Notes: generated from the letters alone by a model not told the origin. Shown: positions 25,257 through 42,203, counted from the whole stretch's first letter. The stretch: 56,149 nt of DNA, filler included, from Basidiobolus ranarum (GCA_040143965.1; 4 parts of 4 records of this genome joined end to end with filler, not necessarily neighbours in it), one strand, 5' to 3'. Program-made: numbers and translations.

Positions 25257-25735
25257 ATTGACTACCAGAAAAATCCATTTTGTTAACCCTTCCCCCATTT
25301 TCATTCTAATTAACACCCCCCTCATTTATTATCGAGAAGTGCTCATTCTTTAATTTCATGAACCAACACTCATCCCAATAAAAAGCATTTTGAAGTTCAC
25401 TCGATTCCCGTTGATCTACGACCCCATTTGATGAATTACTGGTTCTACGTTACTTGCTCAACCCAGCCAATCAATAAATATTCCAAATTTCCCACCATCA
25501 GATATGGAATTAACATTGCTTATAAACAGGTTGAATAACCAAATCAATCAATCTATATAAAACCTTGAATACTGGGTTTGATAGAACCATGAATAGTTAT
25601 CCCAGTTTGGCATGAATGTGAAACTTATTAAGCGGAATGGAATGGCAAATACCTTTTATATAACAAAGGATTGTATACATCCTCAATAGATTGGAAGAAT
25701 CAAGAACCTGGACCCTCAATATTGAAGTAACATAT

Positions 25736-25789
25736 TTCAAATAATCAACTGCCACAATAGAGTTCAAATAATCAACTGCCACAATAGAG
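25736..25789. repeat. Perfect 27-bp tandem duplication
   Basis: TTCAAATAATCAACTGCCACAATAGAG x2. Confidence 0.9.
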
Positions 25790-26173
25790 CGTTATCTATC
25801 TGTATATTCTAGACATGACTTCTTAGTTAATGTTCTTAAAGCAATTCTTGTGTTTATTATCGTGATTCTAGCCACTACTCTTTCTGCACCCTGTTTCAAG
25901 TGAAGTGGATAGATCGGTTAAATATATAATTAGCACTTAATGTTGTACTGATTTGAAAATTTAATGTTTGGTTTGGAGGTGAAGAACATATCATTCGGGA
26001 TGAATCTTAATGGAACATTTAAGGCCTAAGTAACTTCTGATTGATGAGGTTGGTCCATGATAGAAAATATCACAACGGTCAAAATGATAATTTGTAAGTA
26101 GAAAATCAATATATGTTAAACATACAGTTATTCTTGATTACTTTAACTTAACAATATTAACTATTATATGCAT

Positions 26174-26413
26174 AGTCGACATTAATAGCTTTGTCAAGGG
26201 GCAAACAAACATGTAACATATGTTAAGAAAGATACTAGAAACATGTATACAAGGTTTGGGACCTCCAGGACAAGTTCTCAAAATCTATATATCTTCAAAC
26301 TTCTGCATAATTCCCTCTTGAGAATAGTGGGTGATATCTTGGTGAAATATGGAATAACTAAATTCTAAGCTATATATGATTTTATAGATATTGAAGCTAT
26401 GTTAATTTCAACA
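26174..26413 (-). mobile_element. Partial family A LTR
   Basis: Similar to 13295-13530; ends TAATTTCAACA. Confidence 0.8.
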
Positions 26414-26672
26414 GTAAGTCAACAGAAACAACACTGTGATATGGGAGGCCATGATGCTTAATTCAATACACACATAGTATTTCTATAGCTCTGCATAAAT
26501 CTTTTTAACACGTTGAAGGTATGTCCATTGCTAATTTCTTTATGAGTCAGGTAACTCATAATGCTGACTTAGTACTGTCAAGGAGAATAAGTTCAATATT
26601 TGTGTTCTTCAACATTTGAAATCCAAGTTTTCAGTATTGTAAATCCAACAAAACCAGGGACAGAGTTATAAA

Positions 26673-26998
26673 TGCTGAAATTAGCATTGCCTAAACACTT
26701 GTATAGTCATATATTGCTTAGTACTTAGTTATTGTATATTTCATGAAGATATCACCCATTATTCTCATGAGGAATTTGCTTAGAATTTGAAGATATATAG
26801 ATTTTGATAACTTGTACTAGAGACCCCAAACTTTGCATGCAAGCTCCTGGGATCTTCCTTAACACATTCCACAAGTTAGCTGGTTTACATCTTGATAAAA
26901 CTATAAATGTCAACTTTCTATTCAGTAAATCAATAAGTGAAAACCACCAATTCCGCTACTCCAAACCACTTCCAACAAACTCCCAAAATACTTCAACA
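26673..26998 (+). mobile_element. Full-length solo family A LTR
   Basis: TGCTGAAATTAGC...AAATACTTCAACA; reverse complement of 14577-14915. No clean TSD. Confidence 0.87.
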
Positions 26999-28053
26999 AA
27001 ATATGCTTATCGCCGAGTAAATGGTATTAAAGATCTCATGGAATTTACCACAGGTACATTGAATAACAAGTATAATTCTAGTCTGAAAAGATTTGTTACC
27101 ATTTCTCACATCAGACAGAATGCCACCCATACTAACACAACATTGGTTTTATAACTCAGATATCTAATATTTCAATATTACCAGCTTTCATATGAAAAGT
27201 GAAAAATTTCTACTTATATAATTGACACACTCACATGTCCTATATTGATTGCGTTATTATTAATTCGATATATAACTAACTTTGTAATGCTCTTAGTAAA
27301 TTTAGCGTTTAACCATATAGATTACTTTGAGTATGCTTAGATGACAATCACACACTTCAAAGTTAAACAGAAATGAAGTCTAATATATGTATCCTAATAA
27401 ATAAGTAAGTCTAATGTATATATCCCAATCTTGATGGTTATTGAGTAGATGGAGTGTAAACCGATTCCCAATCCAGACATATTATCCATATATTACCACT
27501 CCCCAAAAAAGCCGATTCTAGGGTCAGTGTAGAAATGCTATTGACCCGAGATTGTCAACTGGCATCCATAATAATGTACCCTAGAAGTATAATAAACCCT
27601 AAATCACCCTCACAACGAATAATGGTATCCTTCTCTTGTGAGTCATTAAGATAAGTACTACTTATTGCAGCCGTTCTTTACAAGATCAATACAATTTATG
27701 TGGTTCTATGGTCCTATGGTCCTATGAATGTACTTGAATGTGCTACTAATGCTTATGCTTATGCTGATGCTGATGCTCTATATATTCAGTAGGGTACATA
27801 TGCACGTTGGAGTCTATCCGAAATAAGAACTTGTGTTTATCGCTCAATGTGGACTTGTACTAAGAAAGGTAATTTGGGACACCGCTCATATCAAAATAGA
27901 TAATCACACCAACGTTCAACCAGATATTTCAGATAACTCTGAAGAAATCTGTTCCGAATTTTCTGAGCATCCTGACATAGACTCGGAACAAGAGTATATC
28001 CCCTGTTCTTTGGAAAAGTAATAGGAATGGTGCCCATGAATCTCTCGCTCAAC

Positions 28054-28153
28054 NNNNNNNNNNNNNNNNNNNNNNNNNNNNNNNNNNNNNNNNNNNNTTA
28101 ATTAATTAANNNNNNNNNNNNNNNNNNNNNNNNNNNNNNNNNNNNNNNNNNNN
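28054..28153. other. Artificial assembly spacer
   Basis: N-run with TTAATTAATTAA. Confidence 0.97.
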
Positions 28154-28388
28154 TAAGAAGAAACTTGAAGAAGCTATCAACAGTACTATCAGCTGGTTGG
28201 ACGCAAGTCAAGAAGCTTCTAAGGAAGAGTACGAAGAGAAGCAAAAAGAGTTGGAAGGTGTTGCCAATCCTATTATGACCAAGATGTACCAGGCTACTGG
28301 TGAAGCCCCTGGCGGCTTCCCAGGAGCTGCTTCAGGAGGATTCCCAGGTAGTGACAATAGTGAACCAGCTGTTGAAGAATTGGATTAA
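28154..28388 (+). CDS. Cytosolic Hsp70 C-terminal fragment (5' part lost at the gap)
   Basis: [45 protein letters not shown]...GGFPG repeats...VEELD*. Confidence 0.92.
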
Positions 28389-29274
28389 GCTTAAATTGGA
28401 ATTCAAAATTTATTCCATATGTAGTTAATCATGTACAATATTTACAAAAGAATACCCGATTTTAAATAATACCAAGTATATCTTGAATATCAATAATAAA
28501 TATTACGTTTCAACATAATCAGGAGACTTATCTTAAAGTGACGGCCTATCTATATAAAATATACCACTTGTGATCGAGAAAGCAAAATCATATTAACCTT
28601 GGGAGGTATAGACGCCAATATCACCAAATTATCATGAACTGTATATTATTGTTTTAAGTCCACATATTCTGTAAGCTACCATATCTATATTTTTTATATA
28701 ATGTAGACGTAACCCTGTTGGCGTAACCCTTATTTGCACCATTTTGCTCTTCCACATAACAATAAAAGAACGTTTTCTCATGATGGGCTCAATATTAATT
28801 TTTTACACCTACTGACAGACTAATCAAATAGATGATATTTCAAAAAGTCCCTGCATTTCATTCCAACCCTTACAGAGGAATTGACCTTGATTTCAATAAT
28901 GCCATACTCTTTTTATATCAGGCAACTACTCAAATCTATTTTAACCCTTCCCAATCATATAAGCAGGATTGATAAATTATCATACATTTATAAACATCGG
29001 TCATATTGAACATTGCTCAGAAACCATTCCAGCCCATCTATACTCTATTCAAGACTTCAATCGCTTTATGTGATTCCCAATGCTGTTCATCGATGTAAAG
29101 CCATTGTTGAACATGGTAATTTATTTTTACAATTAAATAAATCTCAATCAGAGAATGAAAAACTTGCTTCTTTAATAACTCGGGGGGTTCCACTATAGCA
29201 CTTCTTCAATCTACAGTCATTACTTATCTTGAATACTACGATATTGAAAATGTGATGTATTGAACAAAAAATGA

Positions 29275-29346
29275 GGGCTCAACCGGGAATTGAACCCGGG
29301 ACCTCCACGACCCGAACGAGGAATCATACGACTAGACCATTGAGCC
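29275..29346 (-). tRNA. tRNA-Pro(CGG), atypical
   Basis: Acceptor GGCTCAA/TTGAGCC, anticodon loop TTCGGGT, T-arm CCGGG-TTCAATT-CCCGG, downstream T-run. Confidence 0.88.
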
Positions 29347-30237
29347 TTGATTACGAGATAAGTACATTGAAAATGGATATTATTCTCTTGAGACCTTGTA
29401 AACTTTTATTACGCTACTTCCATAAAACTTCTAGAAATGAAGATGAATATATAAGTTATGATTGTACTAAAATGAAAATGAGGTGTATGTTCTGATACGT
29501 TTGGAGACTAGAGTAAGTAGTGAAGGTATAACTCTAACATTTTCTTGGAATAATTCCTCACTGGAATGGCAGTACTGTTGAACAGGAGAGTTATTCGCAC
29601 TAGCTCTCACGATATTTTGCCTAAAGATGAAGGAAATGTAGATATTTACATTTACACAGCAGTTACAGTAAATGTGTGGATGATTTGTGTGCTGAAAAGA
29701 AAATGGCAATATAAAAAATAAATTAAAAAATGTTGCTGTTGATAAATATGCAGGACAAGATTTCAGATTAGCTATTTTGTTTCAACTAATTAATCATTAT
29801 ACAGTAATGATTGGGTTGTTAATGATTGACTGGGTAATTGTTGAGAGAAAATTGGTGATTTATGAAGACCCAATTTGCATGCTAGATTGAATATCTCTCA
29901 CATGCTGTATCCTGCTCGCTAAAGCCCAATATTTCAACAATAAGCCTAACCTATCCCTTGATGAACAAGTGTCACTCACCAATTCAGATAATCTAGAGGG
30001 TAATGATTAAGTTTTATGTATTGATTAGGGCAGTAAGATTTGACCTTGTATTGCCTATAAATATATAATAGATATCTAATTAACACTCAGCTTTTATTCT
30101 TACATTGGAGAGTAGGAGCTCTGTGTACTGCCTTTATCACCAATATTGAAAGCTTACCATTTATCTGGAAATCAATCATTAAATATGTTTGTAATTTAAT
30201 TGCACTTATTTTGAAATCATCTGTATAGTTAAAGTCT

Positions 30238-30638
30238 CTATTTGTCGTAGTCCTGAGCTCCATTACCCTTTCCAGTATCATAGGTACCAGCTCCAGTGCC
30301 ACTATTGCCTTTACCATCACTACCACTGCTGCCATTTTCACTCTCTCCAGTGTTGTAAGCACCAGCTTCATTACGGCCGTCGCCATTGCCATTATCTCTT
30401 CCATTGCCAGCACCACCGTTACTATCACCATTACTACCCTTTCCAGTACAAGAGGCACCAACTCCTTTACCACGGTTACCATTACCATTGTCTCCTCCAT
30501 TGCCATCACCTCCATTAAATGGAACCTTAACGTTGTATGATCCATCGCTTCTTGCCTGTAACCTTGGGTTAAGTGCAACTCATTGATGACGGCAAGTCCG
30601 GATAGGAGGCATAATAATTTGGGAGCGGAAAATTTCAT
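30238..30638 (-). pseudogene. Small secreted Gly/Asn-rich protein with an apparent 1-nt frameshift near 30580
   Basis: Signal peptide MKFSAPKLLCLLSGLAVIN in one frame; VALNPRLQARSDGSY...GGDGNGGDNGNG...QDYDK* in the adjacent frame. TATAAAAG upstream. Confidence 0.72.
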
Positions 30639-33015
30639 TGTAAAATGTTTAAGTGTTGTTGATAGTTAGAAGTGATTTCTATACAATCTAAGAAAGCTAT
30701 TTTAGTGGAATTCTTGAGTATCTTGTGGTTGTCTTTTATAGTCCTATATTCTAGTTCTTTATTTACCCCTTCTACTTCTCTACTACTTCTATTTCAGGAA
30801 TGCAAGATCCAAATTAGAGTGGCTGTTAATTACCCACCCCACACTACTCCAATTTCTATCCAGGCTCGATTATATTTCTTCATGGTATATACTTCTAGAT
30901 GGTTGAGATCCCGATGGATTTGACATATATTAGATTTGCAGTAGTATGCATGCGTTGACACCAGCATTGAACAATTCTTGATAAAACGTTGAACAAGTTT
31001 GCTTCATGGTAAAAATACACTAAGCTTATTTACAGAACGGTAAATTTGCCAGTAATCTACATTAATTTTCTATTCTAGACTTTGGAATCGTATTTAATCA
31101 CAGGTCGCTGCCCTATCGATTTACAATTGTATACTCCACAGTAAATAACATTCGGAGTCGCTTTACTTGTTTATGGAATTTCTGATGGATGTCGCTATTA
31201 CTTAACTGGCTGCCAAGGTTTTGAAAAATACGTGCCTACCACCAAGATTGAACAAATTCTCTTACGAAAACTGGTACGTGAATATTAAGGATTGACGTGC
31301 TAATGTGACATATTGTTTATCCAAAATCCGAATTATCCGGGAGTGTGGCTTGAACTAAGTTTGTAGAATCAGGTATCATTTCAAATGTGGGTTCAGTTAT
31401 ACTCACCAGTAAGCAGCAGCTACGAGTTTGTGTTCAATCAAGTGCTATATCAGCAGCAGATTCCTCGGATGCTGTATATTTACCTGTTACTGTAGAAGCA
31501 GATAACGTTCATGAAGACTCCCCCAAGGCTAGCTCAATTAATTTCATTAAGATACTCTTACCATTGTTACTAGTTCTACTCTACACCATATATAATTTTC
31601 TCTTGGGGAGATATGTTAGTATATAGAGTGATATAATCTATAGAGTATCCATCTCTCATTTCTCCAATATAAGTTAATATAAAATCCAAAGAGTCATCTA
31701 GGTATAAATGTAGTGCAACACCATTCAGGAAAGTATGTCTAATAGTATATGTGTCAGCTAATTCTGGATTGAAGTTGATGATACTTTTAATAAGTTGTTT
31801 TAGTGTATGATCTCTCTGCTAGCGAAGATGATTTATAGATGTACTCTATATGTCATCATATGAATCACCATATAAACCTGCAAACTTAACTGCTTCATCC
31901 TATTTATTACCAGTATATAGTACAATAGTTGTATCAGTGACTAATTTGAAGCTTGAAAGCCTCTAATCGATGCACAGTAGCAATCATTTCATTATCATTA
32001 TCTTGTCACAAATTGCAAGCTACATTTTTAACTGCGCAAGGACAATATGTTTACATGAAAATCTCTATTGTCAATACAGATGTTTTAAAAGCGATTTATT
32101 TTAACTATATGAAACTATATTCAACACACAAAACTCCTGCAACAAAATCATATGCCATCTCATATATTAAAGATACCAATCAAGTTAATCTACTATTAAA
32201 CGTATGGAGGATTTCACTCAGGGCAGATATCTCACTTGGGTACAGCGGATAAGCCTCGTCTGCAGCTTTACAGTGCTAGATGCTTATTGGAAAGAATTTT
32301 GGTCTGTATTAGAGCAAATCATCTAACCGAAGTATGTAACCAAAATCCGAAGGAACTGAGATAGGCAGTAACCAAATTGAAGCATTCTACATTGTAAGTA
32401 GCAATTCAGTGCTCCATAAGCATCCCATAAATTGATGTACACCGTGTTTACACTCTTTATACACCACCTTTGCGATTCCCATACAAAAAATTCCCTTTTT
32501 GAACGCAACAAATGAACTATATGTGTTTGGACGGTTCAGTCGTGTTAGTCACGCAGATACTCCACTAATCATCGTTTACAACTTTATGTCTCGCTTGTGA
32601 TTATCTCCCACATACGATCTACATAAAAATACTCCTGATCAGACACTAGAATAGCAGTGGAAATGAGGCTCTTACTAAACTAGGGGCATACTATTTCTAT
32701 GGACTGTCATAGATCGCCAAAATCCAGATTTCATGCTTGAAGAGACAAATAATGAATTGAAAAGCATTAAACATTCTCGCATATAGAAAATGAGCACGGT
32801 GTATCAATCCATGCAACAGAGGAGTGTTAATACTAGTAGGTACTTTGATTACCATGTGCATCTGTTTCCAAACTATGCCTTTAATTGGAGGTGGAACTGT
32901 TGATGTTACTATTTCAGGTGCAGTGGAAAAGTGTATATTAAGGCTAGTCTAGATCAGTTTTTGAAAATCAGAAATCACATTCTATCCTAGCGTACTCTCA
33001 GATAACCATTCTAAC

Positions 33016-33767
33016 ATGTACTTCAACATTGCTTTAGCTATCGGAATCCTGGCATCTTCACAAGTTATGGCCTCTAGTATTAGCAAGCGCGCGGTACCTC
33101 TTGGTGTTCAGATCAGCGAATGCTCCATGAGCAAGGTGGTAGCTGTTACATTTGATGATGGACCTGGACAGTTTACTATGAGGCTTCTTGATATTCTCAA
33201 GGACACTCAAGTAACTTTCTTCCTGGTTGGACAAAGTAAGGAATTATCAAGAAAATTGACGATTGAAACATACTAACCAAGTTCTTTCTAGATGTGGATA
33301 GCAATCCAGGTATAGTACGCGAAATGTACAGGCGAGGACATCATGTTGCATCTCACACATATACCCACGCCAACCTTAATGAACTGGATGACAGAGGAAT
33401 TGAACGTGAGATGATGGACACCTCTAATGCCATCTACAAAGCTATAGGGAAGCGCCCCAGATACATGCGATGCCCTTACGGCGAGTGTAACGAGAGAGTT
33501 TTGGCTGTATTGAAGAGACTTGGTTATAAAGTAATCTACTGGAATTTAGATACTTTTGATTGGCAAACTCTAAATAGTCAAAAGACTATTGATACCTACA
33601 ATGCGTTGGACAATGCCCACAGCGGTAGCAATTTCATATCATTACAACATGATATTCATTCACCTACTGTCGATGCTGTGGACAGAATACTCCGAAAGAT
33701 TCGAAACTCTGGCTTTAGTGTGAAGACTGTCCCACAATGTCTGAATGACCGCGACTTCTACGCTTAG
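33016..33767 (+). CDS. Secreted CE4 chitin/polysaccharide deacetylase. Exons 33016-33235 and 33292-33767
   Basis: Signal peptide plus KR; NodB motifs TFDDGP, HTYTH, RCPYG, DTFDW, LQHD. Confidence 0.93.
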
Positions 33768-34174
33768 ATATAGAGTAGATTTTGGAATAACCATATTTGC
33801 CTACAACTAGAGATATCTATATTAGTAGATACCACAATACCGATGCTTTTATCTAACCGAATTCAATATTATTCACCTTTTCCTTCATAGATGTGAACAT
33901 TTTTCCTGCCTATTTTACTACTCTTGAGCTATTTATGATGAGACTATTTAAACCAATAAAGAAAACTTGATTTTCATTTAAGATTTATCAGTAATACTAT
34001 GGCTTGATGCCTCCCGGTTGAACAACAGTTACTATGGCAAAGTATCAGGCTTTTGTTCAAGTCTTACGTAGGGAGCTCTACTACATCGTGACTTTAAACA
34101 CTGCTCCACTTGGTGACGCCATTCTACTTTACCAATCGTAAACAGAATTATTTCTTGGAAAATGGCAAAAGCTA

Positions 34175-34246
34175 GGGCTCAACCGGGAATTGAACCCGGG
34201 ACCTCCACGACCCGAACGAGGAATCATACTACTAGACCATTGAGCC
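34175..34246 (-). tRNA. tRNA-Pro(CGG), second atypical copy
   Basis: Identical to 29275-29346 except for one D-loop base. Confidence 0.88.
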
Positions 34247-35640
34247 CTGATTGAAACGTTGTAATTAGATATAGTTCTCTCATTCATTGAATAAGCCTTC
34301 ATCTTAAATTATCTTAGCATTTGTAATAAACATACACTCAAAAAGAGTTCAGGAATATCAATATGACAAATGTCAACCATCGTATAGTAGTGTTGACTAT
34401 GGGTATCTATTGCTTACACTCATTTTTCTATCCCCTTCACCAAAATCTACTCCTGCAATCTTTACCAGTATCTGGTGAAATCATTCTGTTCGTAATCCGA
34501 CTCAAGACGTGACTTGGTTCATTGATGATGATAATAGGTGATATTCTTGCTTTGATTCGGTTTCCTTCTTTTTTGTAATACCGGTATGAATACCCGCAAT
34601 AAATAGCCCAATTCTAACTATATTAGTGGTTGATTTTTTTTTATCTGAAAGCATGTTAGAACTCTAGCCTCTTCCTAGAAGCACTTCTCCCAGCATCTAA
34701 GTCTGTAATCTATTCTATTGCATTTAAGGTTTTCATTAGCCAAGCTTTTATGCAGTGTTACAACCAAGATAGAAGTATTAAAATCATTAACAATGTTCGT
34801 TCTAGGGAGGGACCATACGCTAAGACTATCCGACCTTATCTTACTTCAATTATACGATAACCTTATGCCAATTAGCAAATCTATTAAATGCGAAACATTG
34901 AAATTAGTTTCTAAATTTCCAGCGCCATTAAGCTCCAATTTGAGGTGTTTTTGCTCCCTAACGCCTAGAGAAGGATTGCAATAAATGTAACCCGTTTTGT
35001 CCTGTCCCATTGGAATATTTGTCCCACCATGCTCCTATTCAATCGGATAATTTTACAAACATAATGACGAGAATGTGATCACCTGGTAGTAGAAAATGAC
35101 GAAAATTCTTCTAGACCGACGCCATAAATACACTCCGCGTGGACTATTGAAGAAATGAGGCCCATATGAATGATATTATATCTACAGTAAATGTTCTTTT
35201 CCGGTATATTTCGGTTCGATCCATTTTATTAGATGAATCTTCTGGTCACTAGCCTAAAACTGCTAGGAAATACCGGGACCTGAGCACAACGGAATGTGGA
35301 ATTCACATCCTATAAACACGAAATAGACAAAGGATTATGATGAAGTGTTTGTTACTCTGTTATGCAAATTTATCAAATACCAGTATTTAATGAAGCAAGA
35401 CGAACCCGCTCCTGAATAGCACTTAATTTGGAGCTCCAATGTACCACTAAAGTCTGCGAGCTGTATGACAAAACAACTCTTAATGGACCACAATAGAATA
35501 GGCATTAAGGATTGCCTGCTTGGTATAAAATAACCTAGGGTGGCTCTACTCAACATCACTTACTTCGATCTACCGGAATAGATCCAATACTCTCTTTTCT
35601 AGCAGGCTAGCTGGTTTTAACTTCACATTTAACTCATACG

Positions 35641-36615
35641 ATGATTTTCTCCAATCTCTCTCTTTCTGCTTTTGCTTTGTTGGCACTTGCTCCCTATGCT
35701 CTCGGTCATATGGAATTAGTTCAACCTGCTCCTCGTCAGTCCAAGTATAACCCTACTTACAAGGGCACTCCTGATTACGATATGGTTGCTCCATTGGAGT
35801 CCGGCCGTTGGCCCTATCCTTGCCGTGGGTATGGAAAAGGTGGAGTAGTTCAAACCGTTAAGGCTGGAGCCAACCTGCCGGTGAAAATCGGTGGTGGTGC
35901 CCCCCATAACGGAGGACATTGTCAATTTGCTCTATCTTACGATGATAAAACATTCGTTGTCCTCAAGGACGTATTCGATGACTGTTTGATCGCGTCACGT
36001 GATTACAGTATACAAATTCCATCTGGTGCACCTAGTGGCAGGGCCACTTTTGCCTGGGCTTGGATTAACAAAACTGGTAATCGTGAGTATTATATGAACT
36101 GTGCAGATATTGAAATTCAAGGTACTCCATCTGGTTCTATTACTGGACCTAAACTTTTGGTCGCCAATCTTCCTGGATATGTTACCATTCCTGAGTTCAC
36201 CAATGGTGGATACAGTGGTAAAGATTTATTCCCAAAGAGACCAACTGTCAAGGTTACTGGTAATGGTAGTGATGTAGTTACTCCGGAACCGGTTCCAGAG
36301 CCATCCACTCCTACCAAGCCTACCAAACCTACTACTACTACTGCTGATAAACCCACCAAGCCTACTACCACTGGAAAGCCCACAAAGCCTTCGGTGACTG
36401 GTAAGCCTACCACTGTTCCCGAACCTACTGAACCTTCCAAGCCCGGTAATAACGGGGATAAACCTGGTCGTTGTTCTGGTTATGAGACCAAATGCGTTAG
36501 TCCTGGACAATCACGGGAATTCAAGATCTGTACCAATGGATTTGAATATACCCAACGTTGTGCACCTGGAACTGTTTGTCGTGGTGGTGTTAACCAAATG
36601 TCCTGTGATTATTAG
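35641..36615 (+). CDS. AA11-like lytic polysaccharide monooxygenase with a P/T/K linker and a Cys-rich (CBM19-like) C-terminal module
   Basis: Signal cleavage ALG|H gives an N-terminal His; HNGGHCQFALSYD; WAWINKTGNREYYMNCADI; C-terminal CTNG...CAPGTVC. Confidence 0.82.
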   Translation: MIFSNLSLSAFALLALAPYALGHMELVQPAPRQSKYNPTYKGTPDYDMVAPLESGRWPYPCRGYGKGGVVQTVKAGANLPVKIGGGAPHNGGHCQFALSYDDKTFVVLKDVFDDCLIASRDYSIQIPSGAPSGRATFAWAWINKTGNREYYMNCADIEIQGTPSGSITGPKLLVANLPGYVTIPEFTNGGYSGKDLFPKRPTVKVTGNGSDVVTPEPVPEPSTPTKPTKPTTTTADKPTKPTTTGKPTKPSVTGKPTTVPEPTEPSKPGNNGDKPGRCSGYETKCVSPGQSREFKICTNGFEYTQRCAPGTVCRGGVNQMSCDY

Positions 36616-36974
36616 TTTAATTTGATGGTCATTAGGCATTAGTAGTATCCATTCATTTACCTTAATTAATAAATATACCAAATATGCACAAACTTTGGTT
36701 CATTCTTTTCATATTCTTTCGCTGATCTAACTCAAAATATCTCTCGTGCATATTGTTGATACTTTAAAACGATTACCACAATATGAGGAATTTCTTTGAG
36801 TATTTCGTGGATTACTCTAATCATTCTTATAAAAATGCATGTAGTTATTTGTATTTTCATTACTTTAATGTACTAAGGGAAATGTATGATAAGAGCTTAG
36901 AAAGCAAACAAGGAATCATAATATGTTCGAGTAATATAGAAGCAGGGGGATACTGGTGATCTATCCAATATTAT

Positions 36975-40162
<3,188 letters not shown>

Positions 40163-40963
40163 TTTGGAAGAAGTTGGTAGAGACGTGTATGTCCACTATG
40201 GTTTGATTCTATCTGATTCAGTTCAGCGGTTTATTGAATTTTTTTTCTTTTTTTACGGCACTCATGGTGTCTAACTTATGGCTAACCCGATGATTGTGAT
40301 TAGGAAATTAATTTTTATTACGTATCGAATCATCCACAGTATAACACGTACAATATAAACCACGACAAGTAATACCAGAGCTCAAGCAGACTATATAATT
40401 CTTGAATGTATATATATATCAAAGTAATATAGTAAATGGAGAAACAGGGGATAAAGCAAAATGTATGTATATATATATATATATAGAAATATTGGAAAAT
40501 CAATGACACTCGAGCGAATGGGTTTGTGATGAATAAATGGAATCTAAAAAGACTTGCAAATGCGAGGGATAGGGGATAGATAGTATTGGAGAAAATTTCG
40601 AACACAAAAACAACAGACTTGTACTACTCAAAGCCCGGTTAATAACCAATCACAAACTATAGGTTATTGTCCAAATCAAAAAAGTGAAAGGCAATCTTTA
40701 GACGTAAACTCGGCATTAAGATCAAGAAAACACGAGTTGATCTTCAAAATTTAAATCCATAATGTAACTAAGGTTTAGAAGGGAAGAAAGAGATGCAGAG
40801 GTATCATCAATACAAGTGGACCCAAGCCTAAAGTTATAACCCAGTGCTTGGGTGACTTCTTTCATGGATGGTTTGAGCGAGAAATATTGATAAAGTGACA
40901 AGGGAGAAGAGAATGGGCGCTATTCTACATAGGATTATGTGACTGGTGGGCTACGTATAATCT

Positions 40964-42103
40964 CTAGGCTTGCATGGAGCTTCCTCCATTGTTGTTGTTA
41001 GAATGTCCTTCGCCACCTTCCTTACCTACTTGTAGCTTTGAAAGCATGGCTTCAAGCTCTTGGTTTCGGCTGTCTTGCTGTTGAATTATTTGCTGCAAGT
41101 GATGGATATAATCAACTGATTTCTTTAGAATAATACCCTTGTTAGGCTTATTGATTCCATCGCCGAAGCAATCAGGAACAATAGTGGAGAGTTCTTGAAT
41201 TTTATCGTTTATGTTATCTCTGCGACGACGTTCAACTACAAGCACCCAGATTTGATTAATAGATGTCAGGAAGTAGATCAGATAGACAAACTTACCAGCA
41301 TTATGACTCTCCCTTCTACGTCTACGCTTTTCGTATAATAATTGAATTCTTAAGGCAAATACACGTTAATGATTGTTCATAATCTCAACTGCAACTATTT
41401 CGTAAATCGTAAACACTTACTGCTTGGCTGCACTTTCAGGTTCTTCATTTTCCAATAAAGTCGCCATCATGGAGACATTTCCATTCTGACCTTGAAGAGA
41501 GGCAGGAGGAGACCCTGTTAGAGAATCTTGGTCCATATTCTTATGAAACCAGTCAGCTGTATGTGTGGGAACCGACATACTATGGAAACCACTATGCATA
41601 TCACCAGGGCTCGATTCAAGTTGGCTGTTCAGCGATCCGACATGATTACCAAACCGAACGTGGTTTAATCGAGCAGTGGACTTCATATCCATAGAGGAAA
41701 AGGCAGGCATCGAGCCGCGAGGAAGTCCGGCAGAGAAGTCATTACCGTCATATAAAAAATCATCAGGCCCTGGAGAATATACAGACCCATTCCCAGGTGA
41801 AGTGGCAAAAGAAGAAGGATTGAATGAACCATGTAGATCATCGCCAGTATCAAAGGTAGATTGGTTCTGTTGACGAGCAATAGTAATAGGAGAAACCATG
41901 GGGGCTATGGACGAACTATGCATCTGAGTATCCTCTGAGGTATAAAAATCTGGGGAACTTTCTTTTTTAATGTTCATTGTGCCCGCAAACTGCTGTTGCA
42001 TTTGCAGGAAACCAGGGTCCATTGGAGAACCGAAATGTACATGACTACCATCTGGCTGCATTTTCATTTGAGACTGTTGAATATGATAAGAGGTAGGGTG
42101 TGA
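40964..42103 (-). CDS. bHLH-Zip transcription factor (Rtg3/MiT-TFE/USF-like); 5' end truncated at the gap
   Basis: Spliced EKRRRRRESHNAVERRRRDNINDKIQELSTIVP...NKGIILKKSVDYI followed by a zipper. Confidence 0.88.
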
Positions 42104-42203
42104 NNNNNNNNNNNNNNNNNNNNNNNNNNNNNNNNNNNNNNNNNNNNTTAATTAATTAANNNNNNNNNNNNNNNNNNNNNNNNNNNNNNNNNNNNNNNNN
42201 NNN
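42104..42203. other. Artificial assembly spacer
   Basis: N-run with TTAATTAATTAA. Confidence 0.97.

Noticed and set aside
26804..27154. 116-aa ORF
   Set aside because: It lies largely within a solo LTR and has no protein-like features.
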